The position numbers and the translations under genes were made by a program. This document shows, piece by piece, positions 9,436 to 22,114 of a stretch of DNA of 64,000 bases. The stretch lies in assembly GCA_965223795.1 (NCBI GenBank), contig CBDCXL010000001.1:1-64000 (forward strand), in the 5' to 3' direction. Each line of letters opens with the position of its first letter. Within the stretch, counting starts at the first letter, position 1. The notes beneath the pieces are model-generated. The model saw nothing but the letters and a program-made list of their open reading frames with translations, was not told the DNA's origin and did not search any database. Source of the DNA: Nitrospinales bacterium. GTDB lineage: Bacteria; Nitrospinota; Nitrospinia; Nitrospinales; VA-1.

Positions 9436-10503
9436 TCAACAGATTCGCGGCAGTTGTTCTCCACTGAACATCGTGATCCGGCGCCGGGTGCCGATTTTGG
9501 TTTTGAGGGTCACCTCTCCCGGCCGGGTGTCGTGGACCCTGCCGATCCATCGGGCGTCCGCCGACGCATCGTGTGTGCGCAGGATATCCAGCGCCCGTTG
9601 TGCGCCGCTCTCTTCAACGAAGGCAACGAAACGCCCCTCGTTCGCCACGTACAACGGATCCAGGCCGAGGATCTCGCAGGCCCCTTGGACGTCTTCCCGC
9701 ACCGGTATCGCTTGCTGCTCCACATCGATGGATAATTTTGCGGTTTGCGCGATTTCCACCAGAGCCGTCGCCAGCCCACCGCGGGTGAGGTCGCGCAGGC
9801 AACGCACCTCGACACCCTGCATGATGAGATCGAGGATGCAGGTAGAAAGGGGGGCGCAATCGCTCTGGATTTCGCTCTCGAATCCCAGGCTCTCGCGCGC
9901 GGCCATGACGGCCATGCCGTGCCGGCCCAGGTCGCCGCTCAGCAGAATCGCATCGCCCGGCCGGATGCTTTCAGGATGCAGCGTGCGGTCGTGCTCCAGC
10001 GTGCCGACGCCGGTGGTGTTGATGAACACACCGTCGCCTTTGCCCCGGTCCACGACCTTGGTGTCGCCGGTGACGATGCGAATGCCCGACCGGTCCGCGG
10101 CATCGCGCATGGATCGCACCACGGTTTTTAAGGTTGCTATGGGAAGACCTTCTTCAAGTATGAATGCCGCGCTCAGATACCGGGGGGTCGCCCCGCACAT
10201 GGCCAGGTCGTTCACCGTTCCATTGACGGCCAGAGAACCGATGTCGCCGCCGGGAAACAAAAGCGGCCGGATGACATACGAATCGGTGGTGACCGCAAGC
10301 CTGCTGTCAGCGGTTTCCAGAACGGCGCCGTCGTGCGCCGTTTCCAGATCCGGGTTGTCGAAGGCGGGACGAAATACCGATTCGATCAACCGGTGCGTTT
10401 GCGTGCCGCCGCCGCCGTGAGCCAGCTGGATCGTCGCGCCGTCCTCTATGGGCAGCGGGCACAAGACAGCATCACGGTTGCCGTTATTGTCGGGCAGGTT
10501 CAT
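9436..10503 (-). CDS. hypE: Hydrogenase maturation carbamoyl dehydratase
   Basis: [35 protein letters not shown]-terminal LPRIC. Start placed at ATG 10503, overlapping the hypD stop. Confidence 0.95.
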   Translation of the reverse strand: MNLPDNNGNRDAVLCPLPIEDGATIQLAHGGGGTQTHRLIESVFRPAFDNPDLETAHDGAVLETADSRLAVTTDSYVIRPLLFPGGDIGSLAVNGTVNDLAMCGATPRYLSAAFILEEGLPIATLKTVVRSMRDAADRSGIRIVTGDTKVVDRGKGDGVFINTTGVGTLEHDRTLHPESIRPGDAILLSGDLGRHGMAVMAARESLGFESEIQSDCAPLSTCILDLIMQGVEVRCLRDLTRGGLATALVEIAQTAKLSIDVEQQAIPVREDVQGACEILGLDPLYVANEGRFVAFVEESGAQRALDILRTHDASADARWIGRVHDTRPGEVTLKTKIGTRRRITMFSGEQLPRIC

Positions 10504-11591
10504 GTTCTTTCTCTTTGATAATGATAATAAGCCGCGCAGGCGCCCTCGGAAGAAACCATCGTGGCTCCCAGTGGATTCTCGGGAGTGCAGGGATCGCCGA
10601 AGGCCTGGCATTCATTCGGTCTTTTGATTCCCTGCAACACGCTTCCGCTTTCGCAGGGAGAGGCGCAGGCAGGGCGGGACGCTATGTCGGGAAATCGTTT
10701 TTCTGCATCGAACGCGGCGTATTCAATTCTCAAGCCCAGACCGCTTTGCGGAATGTCTCCAATACCGCGCCAGGTGCGTGGAACGATCCGGAACACGTTG
10801 CGGATCATTTCCCGGGCTTTTCGATTGCCTTCCCGGCTCACGGAACGGGTGTACTGGTTTTCCACCTGCGCGCGGCCTTGTTCCAGCTGGCGCACCGCCA
10901 TGAGGATTCCCTGCAGAATGTCCACAGGTTCGAATCCTGTGACGACGATGGGGACGCCGTATTCTTGCGCGATGGGTTCGTATTCCTCGTAGCCCATCAC
11001 GGTGCAGACGTGCCCCGCCGCCAGAAACCCATGCACCCGGCACTGCGGCGCGCGCAGAATCGATTCGATGGCGGGCGGAACGACGACCTGTGACACGAGA
11101 AAGGAGAGGTTTGCGAGTCCTTCCCGCTTTGCCTGAAACACGGCGGCGGCGTTGGCCGGGGCTGTGGTTTCGAAACCGATGGCGAAGAAAACAACCTGCT
11201 TATCCGGGTGTGCTCGCGCGATTTGCAGTGCATCCATGGGAGAGTAAACAATGCGCACGTCCGCTCCTTCGGCCTTGGCCGAAAGCAGATCACGTTGCGA
11301 TCCGGGAACCCGCAGCATATCCCCGAAAGAACAGAAGAGGACATCGGGATCCCGGGCGATGGCGATCGCCCGGTCGATCTGCTGCACGGGCGTCACGCAC
11401 ACCGGACATCCGGGCCCATGCAAAAGCGTGACCGTCTTCGGCAACACATTCTGAAGATCGTACTTGACGATGGAATGGGTTTGACCGCCACAGACTTCCA
11501 TGAGCGTCCAGGGCCGGGTGACGGTGTCTGCGATGGCTTTGGCAAGACGCTCGGTGGCATGACTATCCCGGTATTCGTCCACGAATTTCAC
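10500..11591 (-). CDS. hypD: Hydrogenase formation protein
   Basis: [39 protein letters not shown]. Confidence 0.97.
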   Translation of the reverse strand: MKFVDEYRDSHATERLAKAIADTVTRPWTLMEVCGGQTHSIVKYDLQNVLPKTVTLLHGPGCPVCVTPVQQIDRAIAIARDPDVLFCSFGDMLRVPGSQRDLLSAKAEGADVRIVYSPMDALQIARAHPDKQVVFFAIGFETTAPANAAAVFQAKREGLANLSFLVSQVVVPPAIESILRAPQCRVHGFLAAGHVCTVMGYEEYEPIAQEYGVPIVVTGFEPVDILQGILMAVRQLEQGRAQVENQYTRSVSREGNRKAREMIRNVFRIVPRTWRGIGDIPQSGLGLRIEYAAFDAEKRFPDIASRPACASPCESGSVLQGIKRPNECQAFGDPCTPENPLGATMVSSEGACAAYYHYQRERT

Positions 11592-11842
11592 GGCGAATCC
11601 TCCTCTGGCGGTGAGAGTTTGCCGATTTCATCCAGGGTGTCGAATACTTTTTGCGCCTCTTTCTCGTTCAGGACGTTGATGGCAAACCCCACGTGCACAA
11701 TCACGTACTCGTCCACCTTCGCTTCGGGGACGCAGGAGAGGTTGACTTCCTTCACGATGCCGCCGAAACGCACCCGGCCTAACGGCATCAAAGGATCGTC
11801 GTGATTGATGCTGAGAATTTTCCCAGGCACCGCAAGACACAT
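11588..11842 (-). CDS. hypC: Hydrogenase assembly chaperone
   Basis: MCLAVPG start and [10 protein letters not shown]. Confidence 0.95.
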   Translation of the reverse strand: MCLAVPGKILSINHDDPLMPLGRVRFGGIVKEVNLSCVPEAKVDEYVIVHVGFAINVLNEKEAQKVFDTLDEIGKLSPPEEDSP

Positions 11843-11847
11843 GGTTC

Positions 11848-14199
11848 TCATCCCCCCGTTTCGTTCGCCCAGGAGGCGGCAACAAGCTGGCCGAGAGACA
11901 ACCCGCCGTCGTTGGGCGGAATGCGCCGGTGCCAGAAAGGAGCGCATCCTTCCTGACGCAGCCGTTCGACGGCGCGCTCGGTGAGATATCGGTTCTGAAA
12001 GCAGCCGCCTGTGAGGACGACGCGCTTAGCTGCCGTCCTCTTTGCCACGGTCACGATGGCTTCCACCAGGGCGTTGTGGAACCGCGACGCGATTTGCTGG
12101 CGGGGCACACCCTGAGAAACGTCCTGCCTCAGAGCCTGGATCAGGGAAAACCCGTCGAGCCGGTATTTAAGGTTCCAATCGTAGCGGATGCCGCCGCAGT
12201 CCAGGGTGTTTCCCGCAGACGGCGGTGACTTCATGGTTTCGACAGGAAACGGATACGCATCCTGCCAGACTATTTGCGGCAGGGCGAATTCCAGCTCCAT
12301 CGCTGCCTGACCTTCGAAGCTGCATCGATCGCGGATGCCGCAGAGAGCCGCCGCCGCATCGAACAGCCGGCCAATGCTGGATGTTCTGGGGCTCTGGATA
12401 TTTTTCACCAGCATGGTTTTAAGGACGTTCAATTCCGCCTGAGAAAATTTCCCCATGATTTCAGGCAGGGCCAGCGCCTTGTTCCCGGCGTGTGCGTGTA
12501 AAAGACCCAGGGCGCTGCGCCGCGGCTCGCGCATCGCCGTTTCTCCGCCGGGCAGGGGGAAGGGGGCGAGACTGGCGATACGGTGAAAGTGGCGCTCATC
12601 GACTGTGAAAAACTCGCCGCCCCACAACGTGCCGTCGAGCCCGTATCCCGATCCGTCCCAGGCCACGGCAAGAAGCGGGCCTTGCAGGTCATGCTCCGCC
12701 ATGCAGGACAATGCATGAGCGACGTGGTGCTGCACCGGCAGGGTCGGAACGCCGCTCACTTCGGCCCATTGACTGGAAGCGTATTCGGGATGGAAATCCC
12801 GGGCGATGACGGAAGCCGTGGTGTTGTGGAATACGCTGCAGGCACCGAGTGTGTTTTCAAAAGTGGCGAAGGTCTGCGCACTTTCCAGATCGCCGATGTG
12901 GGGGCTGACAATAGCGTTGCCGCCAGCCTGAATGGCCACGGTGTTTTTCAGGTGGCCGCCCACAGCAAAAGCGTTGTCACCCTTGAGTGCGAACGGGGCC
13001 GGGGCGTGGCCGCGGGCGCGGCGCAACACCTGCGCTTCACCGAGAATCACGCGCACGATGGAATCGTCCACCGGACGCACGATGGGGCGGTCGTGCACGA
13101 GAAAGAAATCGGCGATTCCGTTCAGGCGCTGCAGGGCTTCGTGTTCGTCGCTGCACAGGCTTTCATCGCCGCGGTTACCGCTGGTGGCCACCACGGGTGT
13201 CTGTAGAATACCCATGAGGATGTGATGCAGCGGCGTGTGCGGAAGCAGAATGCCCAGGCAGGGATTGCCCGGAGCCACCGCACCGGCGATGGGTGTATGG
13301 GTTTTTGTTCCAGTTTCGAGATGTCTTTTGAGCAGAACGATGGGCGCCGCCGCTGATGTCAAAAGTTCCTTTTCAAGCGGGGAAACGCTGCAATGCTTTT
13401 CGATCGATTGCAGTGAGGGAAACAGGAGCGCGAAGGGTTTTTCTTCCCGCTGTTTGCGGCGGCGCAGTGTCTGCACGGCTTGTTCGTTTCCGGCGTCGAC
13501 CATGAGGTGAAAACCGCCGAGCCCTTTGACGGCGACCACCGCTCCGTTGCGGATCGCCGCGGCGGTTTGTTCGAGGGCCGCGTGTTTTTGTGATAGCAAT
13601 GTACCGTGTGCGTCCCACAGGGCCACCTGCGGACCGCAATCCGGGCAGGCATTGGGCTGGGTGTGGAATCTGCGGTCGTCGGGATTCCGGTATTCCTCCT
13701 GGCATGTCCGGCACATTGGAAATGTTTTCATTGAAGTGCGGTGCCGGTCGTAGGGCAGCGACTCGATGATGCTGTAACGGGGGCCGCAAAGGGTGCAGTT
13801 GGTAAAAGGATAGAGATGACGCCGGTCGTGCGGGTCGAACACTTCCTTAAGGCAGGCGTCGCAGGCAGCCAGATCGGGAAGCACCGAGGTGGAACGGGAG
13901 GCGGCAACACCGCTGGATTTGATTTGAAACCCTGTCTCTCCCGTGGGCTCAAGATATGCGGAACGAAAGTCTTCGATGCGGGCCTGTTGCGGGCATTCAC
14001 TGTGCAATCGGTGAACAAAGCGCTGGAGGGACGGGGAACGCCCTTCCGCCTCGATGGTGATTCCCTCCTGCGTATTGTGGATCCAGCCTGTGAGCTTGAG
14101 TTCCTGGGCCAGCCGGTACACGAAGGGACGGAAACCCATGCCCTGAACCGTGCCGGCAAGAGAGAGGCGAATCCGTTGCAATGGGGCTTTGACTTTCAT
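11848..14199 (-). CDS. hypF: Carbamoyltransferase
   Basis: GTVQGMGFRP acylphosphatase domain, CxxC zinc fingers, KGLGGFHL, QHHVAH, PPNDGGLSLGQ. Confidence 0.96.
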   Translation of the reverse strand: MKVKAPLQRIRLSLAGTVQGMGFRPFVYRLAQELKLTGWIHNTQEGITIEAEGRSPSLQRFVHRLHSECPQQARIEDFRSAYLEPTGETGFQIKSSGVAASRSTSVLPDLAACDACLKEVFDPHDRRHLYPFTNCTLCGPRYSIIESLPYDRHRTSMKTFPMCRTCQEEYRNPDDRRFHTQPNACPDCGPQVALWDAHGTLLSQKHAALEQTAAAIRNGAVVAVKGLGGFHLMVDAGNEQAVQTLRRRKQREEKPFALLFPSLQSIEKHCSVSPLEKELLTSAAAPIVLLKRHLETGTKTHTPIAGAVAPGNPCLGILLPHTPLHHILMGILQTPVVATSGNRGDESLCSDEHEALQRLNGIADFFLVHDRPIVRPVDDSIVRVILGEAQVLRRARGHAPAPFALKGDNAFAVGGHLKNTVAIQAGGNAIVSPHIGDLESAQTFATFENTLGACSVFHNTTASVIARDFHPEYASSQWAEVSGVPTLPVQHHVAHALSCMAEHDLQGPLLAVAWDGSGYGLDGTLWGGEFFTVDERHFHRIASLAPFPLPGGETAMREPRRSALGLLHAHAGNKALALPEIMGKFSQAELNVLKTMLVKNIQSPRTSSIGRLFDAAAALCGIRDRCSFEGQAAMELEFALPQIVWQDAYPFPVETMKSPPSAGNTLDCGGIRYDWNLKYRLDGFSLIQALRQDVSQGVPRQQIASRFHNALVEAIVTVAKRTAAKRVVLTGGCFQNRYLTERAVERLRQEGCAPFWHRRIPPNDGGLSLGQLVAASWANETGG

Positions 14200-14202
14200 G
14201 AT

Positions 14203-14466
14203 TCATTCCCCGATGTCGACGCTGTCCAGCAGAATCTCCTGGGCATTGGGATCGTGAATGTCCTGCAGGAGTTCGACTTCGAGTTGCGCGTTTTCGGCAC
14301 AGGTTCCCATCGCCGCCTGCACGAAATGTTCCCGGAAATGTTCGGGAGAGATGTGCGACAACGCGCCGAGCTTGACCCTCACCTTCACGATGCGGTCCGC
14401 ACCCTGATCGGAGGCGATGGACTGGATTTTTTTCATCAAATCCGTCATCAAAGACTGTTCGTGCAT
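14203..14466 (-). CDS. hypA: Short HypA-family nickel metallochaperone lacking the zinc finger
   Basis: MHE N-terminus and V.LGALS; 87 aa with no CxxC pairs. Confidence 0.8.
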   Translation of the reverse strand: MHEQSLMTDLMKKIQSIASDQGADRIVKVRVKLGALSHISPEHFREHFVQAAMGTCAENAQLEVELLQDIHDPNAQEILLDSVDIGE

Positions 14467-14476
14467 GCGTGTCCTC

Positions 14477-14971
14477 CTAGGTCACGGGTTGAGCGAGATC
14501 GGCGATTTCCCCGACGACCGTATCCATGCTTGTTTCAACCTCGCAGGACACGGTCTCCCCGGGATCGAAACACTTGCCTTCGATGCCGATGATTTCGAGA
14601 GAAAGCGGCAGGCGATCCAGAGAACGCGCCAGTTCCACCGCCTCGGCCAGCCCGAGGTTGTGCGTCGAGCAGGAAAACAGGTGCGAGGGAATCGACTGTC
14701 TGCGCGCGTCGATGCGGTGGATCGTTCCCGCCTGGGCTCCGGAAGACACCGCGTCGACGATCACAACCCGGCCACCCGGTTTCCAGCTGTCCATCAGGGT
14801 CGTGCCTTCGCCGTTGTGTTCCATCACCTCCGCGTTTTTCAAGCGCATCGCCTTGAGCCGGCGGGCGATGAGGATGCCCGCCGCGTCGTCGCTGCGGTAC
14901 ACATTGCCGATGCCGATGATCTGGAGCGGCGTGCCGGTCTCGTTGTGACTTCTGATATGTTGAAAGCGCAT
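14477..14971 (-). CDS. Hydrogenase maturation protease
   Basis: IIGIGN..R.DDAAG, VVIVDAV, STHNLGL. Start trimmed from the ORF track. Confidence 0.92.
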   Translation of the reverse strand: MRFQHIRSHNETGTPLQIIGIGNVYRSDDAAGILIARRLKAMRLKNAEVMEHNGEGTTLMDSWKPGGRVVIVDAVSSGAQAGTIHRIDARRQSIPSHLFSCSTHNLGLAEAVELARSLDRLPLSLEIIGIEGKCFDPGETVSCEVETSMDTVVGEIADLAQPVT

Positions 14972-14985
14972 GCGTCTGTTCCGGT

Positions 14986-16255
<1,270 letters not shown>

Positions 16256-16281
<26 letters not shown>

Positions 16282-17053
16282 GATACTCGCTTTCCCTGCG
16301 GAAGGCGTCCGCCGAGGCGTTGAAATTTCTGAACAGGCGCATCTGTTCTTCGTTGTCCGAACCCAGCCGCTGCATCCATTCGCTCAGGGAGCCCGTATTC
16401 GGAGTTTCCTTGGGGCCGAAACAGCCGTAGCAGCCCCGGTTGTAGGACGGGCACAACGCGCCGCAGCCCGCATGCGTCACCGGGCCCAGACAGGGTGTTG
16501 CGTGCGCCACCATCACGCACACCGTGCCCCGGCGCTTGCACTCGATGCAGGTGCTGTGCGCCGGCGTGTTGGGTCTGCGATCCGCCAGATACGCGCTGAT
16601 CACTTCCACAAGCTGCATCTTGTTCACGGGGCAGCCGCGCAGCTCGAAATCCACGTTGACATGGTCTCCGATCGCAGTGGAATTTTTCAACGTGTCGATG
16701 TACGCAGGATTCGCGTAAACGATGGACAAAAATTCCTTCACCTCCTTGAAGTTCCGCAGCGCCTGGATGCCTCCCGCCGTGGCGCACGCGCCGATGGTGA
16801 TCAGGTATTTGGACTCGCGGCGAATCTGGTGAATGCGTTCTGCATCGTGCGGTGTGGTGATGGAGCCCTCCACAAGCGAAAGATCGTAGGGCCCCGGTGA
16901 CACCGCCCGGGACGCCTCGGGAAAGTTGGCGATCTCGATTTCCGCCGCCACCGCCAGGAGTTCGTCTTCGCAGTCGAGAAGGCTCAACTGGCAGCCGTCG
17001 CAGGATGCGAACTTCCATACCGCGAGCCTGGGTTTGTGATTTTTTCCTGCCAT
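16256..17053 (-). CDS. Group 3b hydrogenase small (delta) subunit
   Basis: [30 protein letters not shown]...CP...RGCYGCFG. Confidence 0.93.
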
Positions 17054-17892
17054 CAGATCTCCCTGTATTCCAGCAAACGCTTGAGTGCGCCGTAGGCGAA
17101 CACCGGACCGTCCTTGCAGATGAAAGCGGGGCCGAACTGACAGTGGCCGCAGAAACCGACCGCGCATTTCATGTTGCGTTCCATGGAAAGATAAAGGTTC
17201 TCTTCAGGAACGCCCTGTTGTTTCAATTCGCGGATGGAAAACCGCATCATGATTTCCGGACCGCAGATCATGGCCAGCGTGTGTTCCGGTTCGAAGGACA
17301 CACGCGGTATCAGCGTCGTGACCACCCCGACGTTTCCCTGCCAGCTGCGGTCGGCCGTGTCCACCGTCACCTTGACCTGAATGCCGTACTTTCCGCGCCA
17401 GGTCTCGAATTCATGCGTGTACAGAAGGTCGTCCGGAGTCCGCGCTCCGTAAAGCAGCGAAATGTCCCCGTATTTTTCTCTCTGCCCGATGAGCGCGAGC
17501 ATGACCGGCCGCAGAGGCGCGAGACCGATGCCCCCCGCCAGGATCACGATGTCGCTGCCGGCCGCTTTTTCCACAGGCCAGGCGGAACCGTACGGGCCGC
17601 GCACGCCCAGCGTGGCGCCTGGCTGCAATTTTCCCAGGGCGCGCGTGACGGTGCCGATTTCGCGGATGGTGTGCAGAAGGCCATCTTCAAACCGTCTGCC
17701 GCCGCTGATCGAGATCGGCACCTCGCCCGTGCCGAAGGCATAGAGCATGTTGAACTGGCCGGGCAGGGCGGCCACATCTCCACAAGCGTCTTTGGGAAAC
17801 AGCTCCAGGGAAAACGTGTCTCGGGATTCCCGGACCACCCGTTTCACCTCAAAAGGGCTGGGCACCATCGGTGCGTCGTTCACGGTTTCCAT
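17053..17892 (-). CDS. Group 3b hydrogenase gamma subunit (FAD/NAD(P)-binding, 2Fe-2S)
   Basis: [49 protein letters not shown]. Confidence 0.93.
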   Translation of the reverse strand: METVNDAPMVPSPFEVKRVVRESRDTFSLELFPKDACGDVAALPGQFNMLYAFGTGEVPISISGGRRFEDGLLHTIREIGTVTRALGKLQPGATLGVRGPYGSAWPVEKAAGSDIVILAGGIGLAPLRPVMLALIGQREKYGDISLLYGARTPDDLLYTHEFETWRGKYGIQVKVTVDTADRSWQGNVGVVTTLIPRVSFEPEHTLAMICGPEIMMRFSIRELKQQGVPEENLYLSMERNMKCAVGFCGHCQFGPAFICKDGPVFAYGALKRLLEYREI

Positions 17893-17898
17893 AAAGCG

Positions 17899-18360
17899 TC
17901 AATGATCGATGCCGTAAACATCCAGCAGCTGGTGTTGTGTGGCTTCCATGGACTTTCCGACCACCGGCAGCAGGCGGCTCAGAAGTTCGTAACCGAGGCT
18001 GTGGTCCTGCTCGCATTTGTTGCGCAGGCATTTGCCGTCCAGGGCGACGGCACGGGTCAACTCCACCGCACGCGCGTCGAAATGCCAGTGATACGGCGGT
18101 ATCAGCCAGGACCAGCCGAGGATGTCCCCGTCGCTCAGGGTCTGCACCGTGATCGGCTGCTTTGCCGGAGGGCACACCTCCAGAGCCACCTTGCCCTGCC
18201 GCAAAATATAAAACGTGTTGGCTTCCTCGTCCTGTTGAAACACCATCGCGCCCGCATCAAAACGGACATTGGACGCACAGCCGGTGACGATCGTCAGATG
18301 CGCGGGTTCCAGGTTTTTGAAAAATGGATGTTCCGCAAGAATGGGTTCCAGGGTTTTCAT
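17899..18360 (-). CDS. Stand-alone cyclic-nucleotide-binding domain protein (no HTH)
   Basis: [30 protein letters not shown]; 153 aa. Confidence 0.88.
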   Translation of the reverse strand: MKTLEPILAEHPFFKNLEPAHLTIVTGCASNVRFDAGAMVFQQDEEANTFYILRQGKVALEVCPPAKQPITVQTLSDGDILGWSWLIPPYHWHFDARAVELTRAVALDGKCLRNKCEQDHSLGYELLSRLLPVVGKSMEATQHQLLDVYGIDH

Positions 18361-18379
18361 GGCTGTTCTCTATGGATAT

Positions 18380-19516
18380 TCATGGATCCTGTCGTGTCTG
18401 TTCGGATTCACGCAAGGCTTTCACTTCTTCGGTCAGGTCGATGCCGACAGGGCACCAGGTGATGCACCGTCCACAGCCCACACAACCCGAAGAGCCGAAC
18501 TGGTCGATCCAGGTGCCGAGCTTGTGGGTCAGCCATTGCCGGTAGCGCGATTTGGTCGAACTGCGCACACTGCCTCCGTGCAGATAGGAAAAGTCCAGCG
18601 TGAAGCAGGAGTCCCATTTCTGCCAGCGTTCCGCATGGTCGCCGGTGACATCGGTGACGTCCTCCACCGTCGAACAGAAACAGGTGGGACACACCATCGT
18701 GCAGTTGGCACAGGAGAGGCAGCGCTGCGCCACCTTGTCCCACGCAGGATGATCGTAATTTTCGTAAAACAGCTCCCTGATATTCCCGGTGTCCAGCGTG
18801 CGCTTCATCTGTGACGCCGCTTCGTCCACACGCGCTTCGGCTGCGGAAACCTCGCCCGATCCGGCTTTCCGGTGCGGGATGGACTCCAGGGTGCGGACGC
18901 CCGCCGCGGTGCCGGCCTCGATGATGAAATGCTGCCGTCCTTTTTCCAGAACTTCCGTGAGGGACAGATCGAATCCGTTCTCCACCTGCGGTCCTGTGTT
19001 CATGGAAACGCAAAAACAGGTGTTTGCCGCCTGCGTGCAGTTGACCGCGACGAGGAACAATCGCTCCCGCTTAAGCTTGTACAAGGGATTCTGGATTTCA
19101 CCTCCCAGAAACACCGTGTCCTGAATCGAGATGGCGTTCAATTCGCAGGCGCGCACGCCGATGAATGCGTATTTTTCAGGTGGCGTCTCTTCGGGAATGA
19201 TCGCAAAGTCACTTCCCTTTTTTTCCGCGCGCCACAACCGTTTTTCGGGAGGATCGAGAAACTGTTTCCAGGAGTGCGGACCCACCGTGAAGCCGAACAG
19301 GGCGTCGTCGCCTCTCTTTTTGAGGCGGTAGCTGCCCGCTTCCTGCTCCTCCGTCCAGCCTTGCGGCAGATCATCCACTGAACTCAGATCGGAATACACG
19401 ATCGCCCCTTCACGCACGGTGGGTCCGATCACCCTGTGGTTCGATTCGGCCAGCGATTTGAACAGAGCATTCAAATGCCGCCGCTCCACCCGGACGGGTT
19501 GGTTGATTTCAGGCAC
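18380..19516 (-). CDS. Group 3b hydrogenase beta subunit (4Fe-4S dicluster)
   Basis: [45 protein letters not shown] start after GGAGG. Confidence 0.93.
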   Translation of the reverse strand: MPEINQPVRVERRHLNALFKSLAESNHRVIGPTVREGAIVYSDLSSVDDLPQGWTEEQEAGSYRLKKRGDDALFGFTVGPHSWKQFLDPPEKRLWRAEKKGSDFAIIPEETPPEKYAFIGVRACELNAISIQDTVFLGGEIQNPLYKLKRERLFLVAVNCTQAANTCFCVSMNTGPQVENGFDLSLTEVLEKGRQHFIIEAGTAAGVRTLESIPHRKAGSGEVSAAEARVDEAASQMKRTLDTGNIRELFYENYDHPAWDKVAQRCLSCANCTMVCPTCFCSTVEDVTDVTGDHAERWQKWDSCFTLDFSYLHGGSVRSSTKSRYRQWLTHKLGTWIDQFGSSGCVGCGRCITWCPVGIDLTEEVKALRESEQTRQDP

Positions 19517-19759
19517 AAAACCTCCCTAAAAAAGCATTCCGCTACGGTCTTCTAATAAATAAGACTCGGCTGCGCCGCGGTTTATTCCCCCCATAAGGAG
19601 ATCGAGAGTATGAATTAAATATTTTGTTTATAAAGTCTTAGGCAATGCACAGCCAGCGCTTCGCATCGGCATATACCGGAATAAAGCCACCTGCAAACGG
19701 TCCTCTATTATAGGAGTTATATAATGCATTCATGATGATTTTATGAGGAAAACCGTCTC

Positions 19760-20644
19760 GTGTCCCGGATTATTGAGAAAACCGAGCTGGCCGCACGCGT
19801 GTTCCGCTATCGCGTCGATTCTCCGGATATCGCGAACAAAGCCCAGGCGGGGCAGTTCGTGATCCTGCGGCTGCATGAAAAGGGAGAGCGAATTCCCGTG
19901 ACCATTGCCGACTGGGACCGGGAAAATGGGACGCTCACGTTTTTTGTGCAGGCGGTGGGAAAAACCTCCATTGAAATGAGCCGCATGCAGGCGGGCGATG
20001 TCATTCTGGACCTGGCCGGTCCGCTGGGAAACCCTTGCCCGATTGCAAAATTCGGAACGGTGGTTCTGGTTGGAGGCGGGTTCGGCATCGCCGCCATTCA
20101 TCCGATCGCCCGCGCCTTCACGGAAGCGGGCAACCGGACCGTGTCGATCCTGGGCTGCAAGAGCCGGGACGTGCTGATCCTGGAAAAAGAGATGCGCGCC
20201 GTTTCCAACGAAGTGCGCGTCGTCACCGAGGACGGCAGCCTGGGGCGGCGGGGGAGGGTGACGGACGAACTGCAGGCCCTGATCGGAGAAGGCGTACGGA
20301 TCGACCTCGTCGTCGCCGTCGGGCCCGTCGTCATGATGCAGGCAGTCTCTGAAATGACACGGCCGCTCAGAATCCCGACACGCGTCAGTCTCAATCCCAT
20401 CATGATCGACGGGACGGGCATGTGCGGCGCCTGCCGTGTGGTGGTGGACGGTCAGATGAAATTCGCCTGTGTGGATGGCCCCGAATTCGACGCGCATAAG
20501 GTCGATTTTGCAACTCTCATCCAGCGGTTGAAAACATATCAGCCCGAAGAGAAAGCCGCCCGCGAGCGCTTTGTGCAAACATTGGATTCGGATTGCCGCA
20601 TTCAACAAGAGCTTCAGCCATCCAGCTCCGGGACGGATACATGA
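19760..20644 (+). CDS. NfnA/SudB-like subunit (FAD/NAD-binding, 2Fe-2S)
   Basis: AGQFVILR, GERIPVTIAD, GPLGNP, GPVVMM, SLNPIMIDGTGMCGACRV, FACVDGPEFD. Confidence 0.9.
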   Translation: MSRIIEKTELAARVFRYRVDSPDIANKAQAGQFVILRLHEKGERIPVTIADWDRENGTLTFFVQAVGKTSIEMSRMQAGDVILDLAGPLGNPCPIAKFGTVVLVGGGFGIAAIHPIARAFTEAGNRTVSILGCKSRDVLILEKEMRAVSNEVRVVTEDGSLGRRGRVTDELQALIGEGVRIDLVVAVGPVVMMQAVSEMTRPLRIPTRVSLNPIMIDGTGMCGACRVVVDGQMKFACVDGPEFDAHKVDFATLIQRLKTYQPEEKAARERFVQTLDSDCRIQQELQPSSSGTDT

Positions 20645-22101
20645 AAAAGGATTCCAAGAAAGGCAACAAGATTCCCCGGCAGCCGGTACCGGAACAGGAC
20701 CCGGAGCAACGGAGGAAAAATTTCGAAGAGGTGTCCCTTGGCTACACGCCTGCCATGGCCCGGCTGGAGGCGTCGCGCTGCCTGCAGTGCAAAAAGCCCA
20801 AATGCGTGATGGGTTGTCCGGTACGCGTGTTCATTCCTGAGTTCATCCGGCGCATCGCCGAGGGGGATTTTCTCGGTGCGGCGCAAAAAATAAAGGAAAC
20901 CAATTCACTGCCCGCGGTCACCGGCCGGGTGTGCCCGCAGGAGGATCAGTGCGAGAAGCACTGCGTGATCGGGCTCAAGGGAGAGCCGGTGGCTATCGGC
21001 AAACTGGAACGCTTTGCGGCGGATTACGAGCGCAGTCAGGGAAAACGCGACATCCCCGAGCCGGCGCCGCCCACCGGCCGCAAGATCGCCATCATCGGCG
21101 CGGGTCCGGCCGGGTTGGCGGCCGCGGGAGATCTGGCCCGGCAGGGACATGAGGTGGTGATATTCGAGGCCCTGCACAAGCCGGGCGGGGTGTTGTTTTA
21201 CGGCATTCCGCAGTTTCGGCTGCCCAAGGAGATCGTTGAGGCGGAGGTGGAGGACCTCAAGCGGCTGGGAGTCACGGTGAAGCTGGATTACGTGATCGGC
21301 GGCATCAAGAGCATCGACGAACTCATGCAGCAGGACGGCTTCCACGCTGTGTTCATCTCCACCGGCGCCGGTCTGCCGTACTTCCTCGGCATACCCGGTG
21401 AAAACCTCAACGGGGTGTACTCGGCCAACGAATACCTCACGCGGGTGAACCTCATGCACGCCTGGGAGTTTCCTGTGTTCGACACGCCGGTGCACCAGCA
21501 CAAAACCGTGGCGCTGATAGGCGGCGGCAACACCGCTCTGGATGCGGCCCGCACCGCGCTGCGGATTCCATCCACCGAAAAGGCGATCGTCGTCTACCGG
21601 CGCTCGCGCGAGGAGATGCCGGCAAGGGAGGAAGAGATACAGCATGCCGCCGAGGAGGGCATCGTGTTTGAGTATCTGGCGTCGCCGGTGCGTATTCTCG
21701 GGAAAGACGGCTGGGTGTCTTCCCTGGAATGCCAGCGTATGCGTCTCGGCGAACCCGATGCTTCGGGACGGCAGCGGCCGATCGCCATACCCGGCAGCGA
21801 GTTCGAACTCGATGTGGATGCGGTGATCATCGCGCTGGGCAGCGGGTCCAATCCGCTGATCGCAAAAACCACGTCTGGTCTCAAGACCGATGCCGAAGGT
21901 CACATCCAGATCGCCGATCCGGAGGTCAACCTCACCTTCAAGGAAGGCGTGTTCGCCGGAGGCGATATCGTGACCGGAGCGGCTACGGTGATTTCCGCCA
22001 TGGGCGCGGGAAAAAAGGCCGCCCAGGGCATCCATCGATATGTCATGGGGCTGGGCAAACCCTCCCCGGACGCGAATCCGCAAGAAACAGATCGCAACTA
22101 A
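20641..22101 (+). CDS. NfnB/SudA-like subunit (GltD-like flavoprotein, 2x 4Fe-4S)
   Basis: EASRCLQCKKPKCVMGCP, GRVCPQEDQCE, GAGPAG, YGIPQFRLPK, GGGNTALD, GGDIVTGAATVI. Overlaps the nfnA-like stop codon. Confidence 0.9.
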   Translation: MKKDSKKGNKIPRQPVPEQDPEQRRKNFEEVSLGYTPAMARLEASRCLQCKKPKCVMGCPVRVFIPEFIRRIAEGDFLGAAQKIKETNSLPAVTGRVCPQEDQCEKHCVIGLKGEPVAIGKLERFAADYERSQGKRDIPEPAPPTGRKIAIIGAGPAGLAAAGDLARQGHEVVIFEALHKPGGVLFYGIPQFRLPKEIVEAEVEDLKRLGVTVKLDYVIGGIKSIDELMQQDGFHAVFISTGAGLPYFLGIPGENLNGVYSANEYLTRVNLMHAWEFPVFDTPVHQHKTVALIGGGNTALDAARTALRIPSTEKAIVVYRRSREEMPAREEEIQHAAEEGIVFEYLASPVRILGKDGWVSSLECQRMRLGEPDASGRQRPIAIPGSEFELDVDAVIIALGSGSNPLIAKTTSGLKTDAEGHIQIADPEVNLTFKEGVFAGGDIVTGAATVISAMGAGKKAAQGIHRYVMGLGKPSPDANPQETDRN

Positions 22102-22114
22102 GGTCCGCTTCTCC

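Noticed and set aside
19517..19759. Sigma-54 or FNR site in the hydrogenase/nfn intergenic region
   Set aside because: The candidate TGGCTGTGCATTGC has 9 rather than 10 nt between GG and GC, and no good TTGAT-N4-ATCAA was found.
20641..22101. Second glutamate synthase small subunit
   Set aside because: It is coupled to an NfnA/SudB-like gene, not gltB. The true gltD is at 39378-40844.
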